Below, piece after piece: positions 10,439-19,687 of a stretch of DNA of 64,000 bases; the first letter of the stretch is position 1; each line of letters begins with the position of its first letter. The notes beneath the pieces were generated by a model. That model ran no database searches and was not told where the DNA came from. It saw nothing but the letters and a program-made list of their open reading frames with translations. Where the stretch lies: assembly GCA_029856045.1 (NCBI GenBank), contig JAHQWG010000033.1, positions 77,885 through 141,884 of the forward strand, written 5' to 3'. The position numbers and the translations under genes are program-made. The DNA is from Promethearchaeia archaeon (GTDB taxonomy: Archaea > Asgardarchaeota > Lokiarchaeia > Sigyniarchaeales > SOKP01).

Positions 10439-12601
10439 ATGAGTGATACAGAATTTAAAAAAAATTTATTAATTGTAATTGATATAACCGAAAAAGAAAA
10501 TACTATTCTCAACGATTTAGGAAATATTAAAGAAATAAGTGGAAACGGAAAATTAATTATAAAAAATCCGTCTGATAAAAGTCGATTGTGGAACATTACA
10601 TGTGATCTAAAAGAAACGGTAAAAACTTCATTTTCTGCACGTGAAATAAAAATAGATACTCTAGACCCGTTAAAGGATTTTTCTTCCAATTATACAATTT
10701 CTAACATAAAAGAACCTCTTTTAACAGTTACTGAAAAATTCGATACTTTATCAGATTTTTCAGATCGAGAAAATAACACGTTTTTATTTGCTCAAGATAC
10801 TAAATGTCAGTTAAAACTCCATTTAACAAATCAAATAAGTGGAGATATTATCAATATTAAACTTATTAAAGAGATTCCTCCTATACTTAAAGATATTGAG
10901 CTCGTTCCACCTAATAATGGAACAGCTTCAATGAAAGAAGAAGAAGGTTCGAATAAAATATTTTGGGAATTAAACTCTTTAGGTGTTGGTCAATCGGCTG
11001 AATTAGTAGTAAATTGTATTGGATTAGCAAATTCCGTAGAAATGCAACCACTTGGAGAAATAAGTGCTACATATCTAGTAAACAATAGAATATTAACAAT
11101 GATTGATCCAGATATAGTTGCAATAACAGATTCGATGAGTGGAGTAACAAGGGATGAAGGTAGCAAACCAGGGGTATGGGATTGTAATGTTGAATTCATT
11201 AATGAATCTGAATTTCAAGTAAAGTTAAATGATGTAAGAGTAGAACATAATATTATTACTGGGAAAGAAATTGTAGTATCCCAAGCACCCGGAAAGATTT
11301 TAAACAGAGACCAAGCATGGGATTATGATTTCATTGTTGAATCTAAAGAAGTCCCTCAATTAGAACCAACTTTCGAATTCACTACTTTATTTACAGTGAT
11401 AAAACGAGTTGAGGGAACTATATATAAAGAACCATTATATTATCCCGTACTTCGGGCAGAAGTTTCAAAAGATATTAAACCAAATGAGGTAGGAGCTTAT
11501 GCAAATACTGATATGGAAATCTTTAACACTATTTTTAATAAAGGATCAGCTCCAATCGATAAATTACTGATTACAGATGAAATAAACGAAGATTTTGAAC
11601 CTCCAGACCTGAATAAAATTAAACTCTTTGCAAAAACTGGTGGGGAATTAAAAGGAATTTTCGGTAATGAATATGTTAAGGTATTTCAAATTACCCCGGA
11701 TAATAAGGACTTGACAAAATCTCATAGAATAGAAATTGAACTATTTAATATGGCAAATGACTTATCATCAGATAGTACTTTAGAAATTTCTTATCCAATA
11801 ATTGCTCGAAATCCAAAACCTGATAAATCGTATCAAATTCCAATTACTGTTCAGTTAAATACGAAAATTGAAGGAAAACCCTATATTATTGGCCCAAGTG
11901 AAACACCGGAAATAAGAATTAAATATATTGCTAGAAAATTTAAGACTCTTAAAAGTATTAAGCCAGGTAGTGCAGCGGGGGAGTTTATTGTAAGTATTCG
12001 ACTCCAAAATCAAGGAAATGTTGAATTAGAAAATATTCTATTTAAGGATAAAATTCCAGTCAATTTTGAATTGATAAGCTTTTCTCCAATGGAATTGAAA
12101 TATGAGTTAAATAAGATTGAAAATGAATCTGAATTAGTTGTAAGAATTATAGAGTTAAAAGCTGATACTGTATTGAAGATCGAATATCAATGTTCTGGTA
12201 TTGGTGAATACCCACGACATGAACCAGTAGTTATTGTTGAAGGAAGGAAAGACGTCATTTCTCAGCCTGAAGAAAATGTAGAACCAACTGTAAGTAGAAC
12301 ACCCGAATCATCAATAAGTTCCTTTGCAGAAAACATATCATTCTCAATTAAATCACAAATTATTGATGAGATTATTAATCTTGAGAAAAAAATTACCCCT
12401 GGATTAAAATCAGTGGATGTTGCCAATATGATTGAATATATGAGAGATCTTATTGCTAACATTGCGAGAGTTGGTCCCTTTATTCATGAAATTGGACAAA
12501 TTGCAAAAGAGTTTAAAGATCTAGGAGAAAAAACCGTTGTTGGTGAATCTCACGATAAAATTACCAAAAAAATCAAAGAATGGAAAGCTAAATTTTCATA
12601 A
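10439..12601 (+). CDS. Large cytoplasmic beta-sandwich protein (adaptin-mu/Ig-like repeats) with a C-terminal helical Vps28-CTD-like domain
   Basis: Repeated strand motifs (GKLIIKN, IFWELNSL, IFNKGS...ITDEI, LQNQGN...KDKIP); no signal peptide; C-terminal ~85-aa helical domain. Confidence 0.6.
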   Translation: MSDTEFKKNLLIVIDITEKENTILNDLGNIKEISGNGKLIIKNPSDKSRLWNITCDLKETVKTSFSAREIKIDTLDPLKDFSSNYTISNIKEPLLTVTEKFDTLSDFSDRENNTFLFAQDTKCQLKLHLTNQISGDIINIKLIKEIPPILKDIELVPPNNGTASMKEEEGSNKIFWELNSLGVGQSAELVVNCIGLANSVEMQPLGEISATYLVNNRILTMIDPDIVAITDSMSGVTRDEGSKPGVWDCNVEFINESEFQVKLNDVRVEHNIITGKEIVVSQAPGKILNRDQAWDYDFIVESKEVPQLEPTFEFTTLFTVIKRVEGTIYKEPLYYPVLRAEVSKDIKPNEVGAYANTDMEIFNTIFNKGSAPIDKLLITDEINEDFEPPDLNKIKLFAKTGGELKGIFGNEYVKVFQITPDNKDLTKSHRIEIELFNMANDLSSDSTLEISYPIIARNPKPDKSYQIPITVQLNTKIEGKPYIIGPSETPEIRIKYIARKFKTLKSIKPGSAAGEFIVSIRLQNQGNVELENILFKDKIPVNFELISFSPMELKYELNKIENESELVVRIIELKADTVLKIEYQCSGIGEYPRHEPVVIVEGRKDVISQPEENVEPTVSRTPESSISSFAENISFSIKSQIIDEIINLEKKITPGLKSVDVANMIEYMRDLIANIARVGPFIHEIGQIAKEFKDLGEKTVVGESHDKITKKIKEWKAKFS

Positions 12602-12676
12602 AAATCTAATTTTTATATATATCTTTTTTTATTATTAATTGAAATGAAGTTATAGAAAGCACAGATTTATTGCTTT

Positions 12677-13810
12677 TTACTCATCATCTGCTTTTGGAAT
12701 TTTGGGAAGTATCCTTCCAGAAACTTTAATTGTTTTAGGTTTAGTTTGATTATCTTTAGTTGTTCCTAAAGTGTCTTTCTTTGCACTCGATGTCTTAGAT
12801 ATGACCTTTTTAGCTGTTTTTTTTGTAGGTGTTTTTTTACTTATCGTTTTAGTGGATATTTTTTTAGCTGGCGTTCTAGAGGTTGTTTTTTTTACCGGAG
12901 TTCTAGTTGATGTTTTATTATTTCTTATTGGAGTCTTTTTATCTAATGTTAATACTTCAATCCCTTTTATTATAGCACGTTCCTCATCAATATAAACCTT
13001 TATCTTATTATTTTCTAGGTCAATTATTCCACTAGGAAATTTTTTAATTCTTTCCCATTCTATATCCTCAACTTCCTCTCCAAGAACAGTAGTTATCTTA
13101 GAGACCGCTCCATATAAATAGTTCCCCATTATGATATTTTGCCGTTTATATCCAGCTGGAATTTCATTTTTTAAAATTTCATTCAAAATTCTTTTAACTT
13201 GATCTTGAGAAAAAGATGATTTTTTAGTAGTGTATCCAGGACTTATACTTGATGGAGTTATTGGAATAGGTTTAGAAGTTACTTTTTCATTTACTTGAGG
13301 TTTAAAAACAGGAGATACTAGAGTAGATTCCATAGCATTCCCATTAAAACTACCTAAAGCTGGGGAATAATAATCTGTACTTTCTACTTTCTTCGAAACC
13401 GGATCTGCATCCAGAATTATCCCTTGAATCTTACCATCTCTTTCTATATTTCTAATATATCTCATATCTGGTAATCTTTCAGTTACTTCCATCGATTCTA
13501 GACCAAACACATTCAAAAATTCGACCAATTCATCGCCTTGATCGATTGATTTTATTATACATCGATGAAATCCTGCTGATTTTATTAATTCATTTTGCAG
13601 TTCTTGGGCAACTCGTGAAGATATGAATCTCTTCCGAACTGGAGACTTAGAACCTTTCCAAATAAAAATTCTCCTTAGATCTTCCCTAACTATCACAAAT
13701 ACCTGATTAGGATCTAAAATTGATCCTAATTCTTCAGAAGATATATTCAGTTCATTTCTATTTCCATCATCTAATAATTCAAAAGCCATAAATTCCTTGT
13801 ATTCAGTCAT
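12677..13810 (-). CDS. Gelsolin-domain protein with Lys/Thr-rich tail
   Basis: ILDPNQVFVI...IFIWKGSKSPVRKRFIS...IDQGDELVEFL matches the gelsolin fold signature. Confidence 0.8.
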   Translation of the reverse strand: MTEYKEFMAFELLDDGNRNELNISSEELGSILDPNQVFVIVREDLRRIFIWKGSKSPVRKRFISSRVAQELQNELIKSAGFHRCIIKSIDQGDELVEFLNVFGLESMEVTERLPDMRYIRNIERDGKIQGIILDADPVSKKVESTDYYSPALGSFNGNAMESTLVSPVFKPQVNEKVTSKPIPITPSSISPGYTTKKSSFSQDQVKRILNEILKNEIPAGYKRQNIIMGNYLYGAVSKITTVLGEEVEDIEWERIKKFPSGIIDLENNKIKVYIDEERAIIKGIEVLTLDKKTPIRNNKTSTRTPVKKTTSRTPAKKISTKTISKKTPTKKTAKKVISKTSSAKKDTLGTTKDNQTKPKTIKVSGRILPKIPKADDE

Positions 13811-14159
13811 TATTCTTCTTTATACTTGTCTCAAATTAAAAGCAATTTTCTCTATAACCTTTAGATAAAAGCTCTCTTATTTGAATATTTTTATTTTTAA
13901 TTTTGTCTAAATCTACAAAAACTAATATATTCATATAATATCTATATATATTTTTATCCATCTTCATGTTTTAGATTAATACTATAGGATAATTATGATC
14001 TAATCGAAAATAATTCTATAACGACCATTAAACTCTCGTCTAGCAACCAAATTATCTTAATTTAATCAAAAATATTAATACAAATTTAACAATAATTATA
14101 TAAATCTTTATTCTCATATTGTTATTAAATTAAATTAATCAATTTCATTATTAAAAGGT

Positions 14160-14852
14160 TTGAATAAAATGGGAGTAAATTTTTGCCCAAGTTGTGGTGA
14201 TCCTTTACAACCTGGTCAGAAGTTCTGTGAAAAATGCGGTGCTAAAATTGATGACTCTGCACCAGTACCTTCTCAAACTAAAAGTGCTACCAGCCCCGTT
14301 CGAAGTGGTGGAATCTTTGATATTAACAGAAACTACTATGTCTTGAAAGAGAAATACTGGGATTGGGGGTCTGGCGATATTCTTGATGAAAAGGGGCAAC
14401 CCATCGGGAGAATGCATCGAAAAATAATTTCACTTAGAAGGAAAGTTGAGCTTATGGAATTGGATGGTACTATCCAAGCAACAATTCATGCTAAGATTGT
14501 TAGTGCAAGAGGATCTCAAGATTTGAAAGATCCAGAGGGAAATATGATCGCTAGAATCAAAAAATCAATAACTAGTGTTTTTCGCCCTAAATTTTACTTA
14601 GAATCTCCTGATGGAGATAAATGGTATGAAGCTCAAGGTAAATTCATGGGTTGGTCCTACAAAGTCACAAATTTTAAAACTGGTGAGTTAGTTGCAGAAA
14701 TCGAGAAAGCTGATCGGTGGAGGGATGTTTTTTTGGGTGGTATGTTCGATTTTAAGGACACATACGCCTTACGGATTCATGATAATAAAACTGATAGGCG
14801 TATTTTAGTGGGGTTTGTTCTTTCAATTGATAATGTCTTGCATGATAAATAA
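14160..14852 (+). CDS. Zinc-ribbon plus LURP-one/scramblase (Tubby-C-like) protein
   Basis: FCPSCG...FCEKCG; LKEKYWDWGSGDILDEKG...IA.IKK...DTYALRI...LVGFVLSID. Confidence 0.82.
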   Translation: MNKMGVNFCPSCGDPLQPGQKFCEKCGAKIDDSAPVPSQTKSATSPVRSGGIFDINRNYYVLKEKYWDWGSGDILDEKGQPIGRMHRKIISLRRKVELMELDGTIQATIHAKIVSARGSQDLKDPEGNMIARIKKSITSVFRPKFYLESPDGDKWYEAQGKFMGWSYKVTNFKTGELVAEIEKADRWRDVFLGGMFDFKDTYALRIHDNKTDRRILVGFVLSIDNVLHDK

Positions 14853-15035
14853 TATTTAATTCTTTTTTTTTCTTAACTTCTTTTTTCAAAAATAGTGATA
14901 AAAATGATATCATTTTTAGGAACCCTATTTAACTAGTACAATTTATTCAAACCTAAAGTAATTATTGAAAGATATTTTATTTTAATTAAGAAGATATTTA
15001 TATAAATAAGTAGAAATAATAATAGGTTTTTTACA

Positions 15036-15824
15036 ATGAGTATGATTCGTCTCTTAAAATTAAAGGATTACATCACTCTTTCAGGGACAATTTGTGGGAT
15101 TTTTGCTTTAATGATTGGAATTATAATTAAAGATTTAGCTTTGGGATTTTTTTTAATTATGATTTGTCAAGGGACAGATCTGTTAGATGGATATGTAGCA
15201 AGAAAATTAAATCAAAAAAATGAAATTGGAAAAGAAATAGATTCATTAAATGATTTATTTTGTTTTGGAGTTGTTCCTGCAATGTTAATTTTTATTAACT
15301 ATTGTGATGATTTGCCCTTTGAATTAATTTTTTACATTCCAGCGATCATTATATTCATTTTGTGTGCTCTACTTAGATTAGCAAGATTTAATATTATGGA
15401 TGCAAAGGGATATACAGGGATAGTAACTCCTTTATCCGGTTTAATGGTGACCTTCTTTTATTATATAGATTATTTTAGTATTCAAACTTTTGAAGAAAAT
15501 AATTTTATTTCAATTTGGGTTCAATTACTATTTCCATTTTTATTAGGATTTTTGGGTTACTTAAATATTACTACTTTTATTATATATGGTGAAGAGATAA
15601 AGAAAAAGTCTGGTAACTTAAAATATGTCTTTATTATCGGAGGCATTCTCACAATCGTAATCGGTATAATTGGACTAACTTTTCCAAAACAGTTGGCGGC
15701 TCTACCTTTACTTATTATATTTATAGGATCTTTTGTATTAGGATGGTTTTATATTTTTATTGGTTTTAAAAATTATTTAAATTCAAGAAAGAATATTAAA
15801 AAGGAACTTAATTCAACTAACTAA
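15036..15824 (+). CDS. CDP-alcohol phosphatidyltransferase (PssA/archaetidylserine-synthase-like)
   Basis: DLLDGYVAR...GKEIDSLND...FGVVPA...RLARFN. Confidence 0.9.
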   Translation: MSMIRLLKLKDYITLSGTICGIFALMIGIIIKDLALGFFLIMICQGTDLLDGYVARKLNQKNEIGKEIDSLNDLFCFGVVPAMLIFINYCDDLPFELIFYIPAIIIFILCALLRLARFNIMDAKGYTGIVTPLSGLMVTFFYYIDYFSIQTFEENNFISIWVQLLFPFLLGFLGYLNITTFIIYGEEIKKKSGNLKYVFIIGGILTIVIGIIGLTFPKQLAALPLLIIFIGSFVLGWFYIFIGFKNYLNSRKNIKKELNSTN

Positions 15825-17320
15825 TTTGCCAATCTTTCAATCCAATTTTTAATTCGATTTTTCAGTACTTTTTGTACATCCTCATCAAGCTTTCCTTTAT
15901 TTTTGACATCTGTTATCCAACGGCGTATATCATTTAGTATTACAGAGAAGCCTTTATTTTCAAGAATATAGTCATTTAATTCTTCTAAATGTTTTGCAAT
16001 TACATTTCCATTTTTACTATCTAATTCTTCTGAAATTGCGATAAATCGAGAGCCAATCTCGGTCAATTCTCCCTTTAGAACTCCACTTTTAAGAATTTCA
16101 TCTTTAATGGATTTCAATGGTGCTTTTTCTTTCTTTTCTTCAATGACCTCAATAATTTTTTCCTTTTCTTCAATAAATGTAGAAATTGTATCGATTTCTT
16201 TACCAATTGGCTCTTTCTTCTCAGCAATTTCTCCAGATGGAGGAGGAATTTTTATTTCTTCAGATTTTTTTATGATTTTAATTGGCATTTGTTTTGTTTT
16301 TTCAAACAGAAATTGAAATGCCTGATTATTTTGGTGAATTGGTGAAGACATAAAGTTAAAAACGTTTGCTAATAATTCAAATATTTTTTGGCTAAGAGAT
16401 TCATCAAAAATGGAGAATTTTTCTTCTTCTTTTTCTAAGACCATATTAAAAGTTTTCTCTTGATCACTAATAGTTTGTTCATACTCGTACATTAAATCAA
16501 ATAAACTCATTCGAATCTCATTTTCAATTTTCCCAACTTGAGAAGATATTTCATTAATGTTTTGCTGTAAGATCTCTGAATTTTTTTTAAACACATCAGG
16601 TAATTTTTCATTGAAACTTTCTTTAATTTCATTAATTTTATTATCAATAATTTTATCTACTAATAATTTTATATCTTTCTGCTTTTTTTTAAGGTTAAAT
16701 TCTTCGAGATTTTCCATAATTTCTTGTTTCGTATTCTCGATTTGTTTTACAAAATTTTGAAAATGTAAATTGAAAACGTTCTCTACCATTTTATAAAATT
16801 TACTGGTATTGTTTAATAATAGATTTAATTCAGGGATTAATGAAACTCCATCTTCATAATCCGCTTTTATTAAACTTAAATTTGCTACAATTGTGGTTTT
16901 TGCTTCTTGAAAATTCTTAATATAATTTTTTAAATTTAATAAAAATCCAGATTCTTCTTTAATCTCATTAAAAATTTTGGATATTTTATCAGGTAATTCA
17001 TTGGCCATTTGATTTGATTTAACATCAAATTTCTCATAATAATTTAAAAATGCACGATATGGGGGTATAGCGTAATAATAAGGTGTAATTTCCTCGGAAG
17101 ATTCTGAGTTAGAAATACACAAACCTTTAGTTAAAAGCTCTTCGATTAAACTTTTATTTAATTCTTCATTTGTAGTTTCTGTAATTGATGAGATTTCTTC
17201 CATTGTTAAGGGAGGTCTCCCAATAATTTTTAAATAAAGGTCAAGACTATCATGTGAAAGATCCAATTCATTTAATAATTGAGTTAAAAAATCTTTATCA
17301 TTATTATTTGCCATAATCAA
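15821..17320 (-). CDS. TrmB-like winged helix, long coiled coil and C-terminal Vps28-CTD-like domain (alternative start ATG 17314)
   Basis: LYL...LTMEEIS...IEELLTKGL...YYAIPPY; ~250-aa heptad-rich region; C-terminal helical bundle. Confidence 0.6.
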   Translation of the reverse strand: MIMANNNDKDFLTQLLNELDLSHDSLDLYLKIIGRPPLTMEEISSITETTNEELNKSLIEELLTKGLCISNSESSEEITPYYYAIPPYRAFLNYYEKFDVKSNQMANELPDKISKIFNEIKEESGFLLNLKNYIKNFQEAKTTIVANLSLIKADYEDGVSLIPELNLLLNNTSKFYKMVENVFNLHFQNFVKQIENTKQEIMENLEEFNLKKKQKDIKLLVDKIIDNKINEIKESFNEKLPDVFKKNSEILQQNINEISSQVGKIENEIRMSLFDLMYEYEQTISDQEKTFNMVLEKEEEKFSIFDESLSQKIFELLANVFNFMSSPIHQNNQAFQFLFEKTKQMPIKIIKKSEEIKIPPPSGEIAEKKEPIGKEIDTISTFIEEKEKIIEVIEEKKEKAPLKSIKDEILKSGVLKGELTEIGSRFIAISEELDSKNGNVIAKHLEELNDYILENKGFSVILNDIRRWITDVKNKGKLDEDVQKVLKNRIKNWIERLAN

Positions 17321-17468
17321 GCACTATTAGTGAGTAATGATTTTTATAATATTTGATTTGATTTTATATCTTTGTTTGTAGTTTTGATTAGGAGTTTTAA
17401 AATTATATAAATTCTAAGGTTCTTTTAAAATAATAATAAAAAAAAAGATTAAGTTAAAAATGTGAGTA

Positions 17469-18602
17469 TTGGTAATAATGGAGATTGATAAGATATCAAT
17501 TGGAACCGAAGCAACTTTCCTTCCACCTTTTGAAAATGGCATTAAGACGGTAAAAAGACTTGAAGAAACCGGATATGCTTCTTTATGGTGGGCAGACCAC
17601 TTAATGGGTTGGATACCCGAATCTATCTGGACTCCAGATATTATTAATGTAGCAGCTTATCAGAAAACACCCCATTTTTTCTTTGAAGCTTATACTACGA
17701 TTGCTGTTGCGGCTTGGAATACCGAAAGAGTAAAATTGGGCACATCTGTTACTGAAACTTTTAGGAGACATCCTGCTGTACTTGCACAGTCCTTTTTAAC
17801 TTTAGATCATCTCTCTAAAGGCAGAGTAATTCTTGGTATCGGAGCTGGTGAAGGTGAAAACGTCATTCCATATGGAATTGAATGGAATAAACCAGTGAGT
17901 AGATTGGAAGAAGCGATTAAAATTATTAAACTTCTTTGGAAAAATGATAAAAAAGTGGATTTCGATGGAAATTTCTGGAAATTAAAAGATGCAATTCTTG
18001 CAATGGGTCCCTATAAAAATGGGGAATATCCTCCAATATGGATTGGGGCACACGGACCTAAAATGCTTGAATTAACAGGAAAATTAGGAGATGGGTGGTT
18101 ACCTGCAAATCTAGATCTCAATTCCTATAAGAAAGGGCTTAAAATTATTCAAGAGTCAGCAAAAAAAGTTGGTAAAAATCTAGACAACTTCACTCCAGCA
18201 TTATGGTGTTACGCAATTTTAGATGAGGATCATGAGGGTTGTTTAAATATGCTTGAAGCTCCATTAATTAAATGTCTTGCGTTAGTTATGTCCCATGAAA
18301 AATTCAATCAATACGGTATTTCACACCCTCTAGGTGAGAATTATAGAGGTCTTTTCGATTTTATCCCCACTAGGGTTGATCGAAAAACAGTGCTAGAAGC
18401 AATTGAGAAAATTCCAAAAAAAATGTGCGAAGATATCTACTTATATGGAACTCCTGATGAAATTATTGGAAAAATAGAAGAGTATGCTAAAGTTGGTCTC
18501 AAACATATAGTAATCCAAAACGCTACTATTTTTTCGGGTGTTAAAGAAATCAAGACTTCATTTAACTGTTTAAAGAAGGTGTTAAACTATTTTAATGGAT
18601 AA
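17469..18602 (+). CDS. LLM-class (luciferase-like, probably F420-dependent) oxidoreductase
   Basis: WWADH, RHPAVLAQ, LDHLSKGRVILGIGAGE, GDGWLP. Confidence 0.92.
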   Translation: MVIMEIDKISIGTEATFLPPFENGIKTVKRLEETGYASLWWADHLMGWIPESIWTPDIINVAAYQKTPHFFFEAYTTIAVAAWNTERVKLGTSVTETFRRHPAVLAQSFLTLDHLSKGRVILGIGAGEGENVIPYGIEWNKPVSRLEEAIKIIKLLWKNDKKVDFDGNFWKLKDAILAMGPYKNGEYPPIWIGAHGPKMLELTGKLGDGWLPANLDLNSYKKGLKIIQESAKKVGKNLDNFTPALWCYAILDEDHEGCLNMLEAPLIKCLALVMSHEKFNQYGISHPLGENYRGLFDFIPTRVDRKTVLEAIEKIPKKMCEDIYLYGTPDEIIGKIEEYAKVGLKHIVIQNATIFSGVKEIKTSFNCLKKVLNYFNG

Positions 18603-18786
18603 AATATTTTATTTTACTTTCTTTTTTAATTTAAATCACTCTAGAATTTTCAGATTCTTCACTGACAAATCTAAAGTTAAGAGAAAGAAAGAAATTTAAA
18701 TTATTTAACATATATACTCTTGAGAAAATAGAAATTATTAAAATTAATTATATTATCCTATCATAAAAAAATGAGGTTAAATACAA

Positions 18787-19536
18787 ATGATTGTCCCCTA
18801 TACTCTCCCGCTTGATTTATTAGAAGTATTTCAAGGAAGTTTTAGTTTGATTTTTGCTATTATTTCAATATTTGTAGGATTACGAATTCTATTTAAATAT
18901 TTTGAATATAAGAGAAGAGAATTAATCCTTGTCGGAATATCATGGATTGGAATAGCGAGTCCTTGGATTCCTGATTCAATTAATTTTATAATGATTTTAG
19001 GCTTTAGTTCTATTCTTACAGAAGAAGCCTATCTCATTATCGGAAATGTTTTTATGCCGTTTTTCATTATTTGCTGGTTAATAGTAATTACCGATTTTTT
19101 GTATAAAGTAAGACAAAAGGTGATACTCATATTATGTCTTATTTGGACTGTAATTTTCGAAATAATTTTTTTTACATTACTCTTTATTGACTCTACATTA
19201 GTTGGAACATTTCTAGGACCATTTCAAGTAGAATTTGGTGATTTTATCACATTTACGTTATTATTTACTATTGTTATATTATTAATAAGTGGCTTATTGT
19301 TTGCTCGAGAATCACTAAAGTCAGAGGATAAAGAAATTAAATTGAAAGGGAAATTTCTCATAGCTGCATTTCTTTCATTCACTATTGGTGCGATTTTAGA
19401 CTCATCAATTTCATTAATACCAATAACTGTAGTAATTACTAGGTTAATTTTAATATCAAGCGCAATTGAATTTTATCTCGGCTTTATCTTACCTAAATGG
19501 GTAAAAAAATTTTTAATTAAGGGATTAAAAAGGTAA
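18787..19536 (+). CDS. Approximately 7-TM membrane protein of unknown function
   Basis: About seven hydrophobic segments; ends FYLGFILPKW. Confidence 0.7.
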   Translation: MIVPYTLPLDLLEVFQGSFSLIFAIISIFVGLRILFKYFEYKRRELILVGISWIGIASPWIPDSINFIMILGFSSILTEEAYLIIGNVFMPFFIICWLIVITDFLYKVRQKVILILCLIWTVIFEIIFFTLLFIDSTLVGTFLGPFQVEFGDFITFTLLFTIVILLISGLLFARESLKSEDKEIKLKGKFLIAAFLSFTIGAILDSSISLIPITVVITRLILISSAIEFYLGFILPKWVKKFLIKGLKR

Positions 19537-19687
19537 TAAATTAAATTTTTATGAGAAGATAAATAAAATTTAATGAGTTTATTAAAAGAATTCTGTAAAA
19601 ACCTAAAAATTTTTTTTAATTAAAAGTTTTATTATTAAATAAAAGACATTTTTTTTAATTGGTATAAGATATTTTGTAGGCTAGAAC

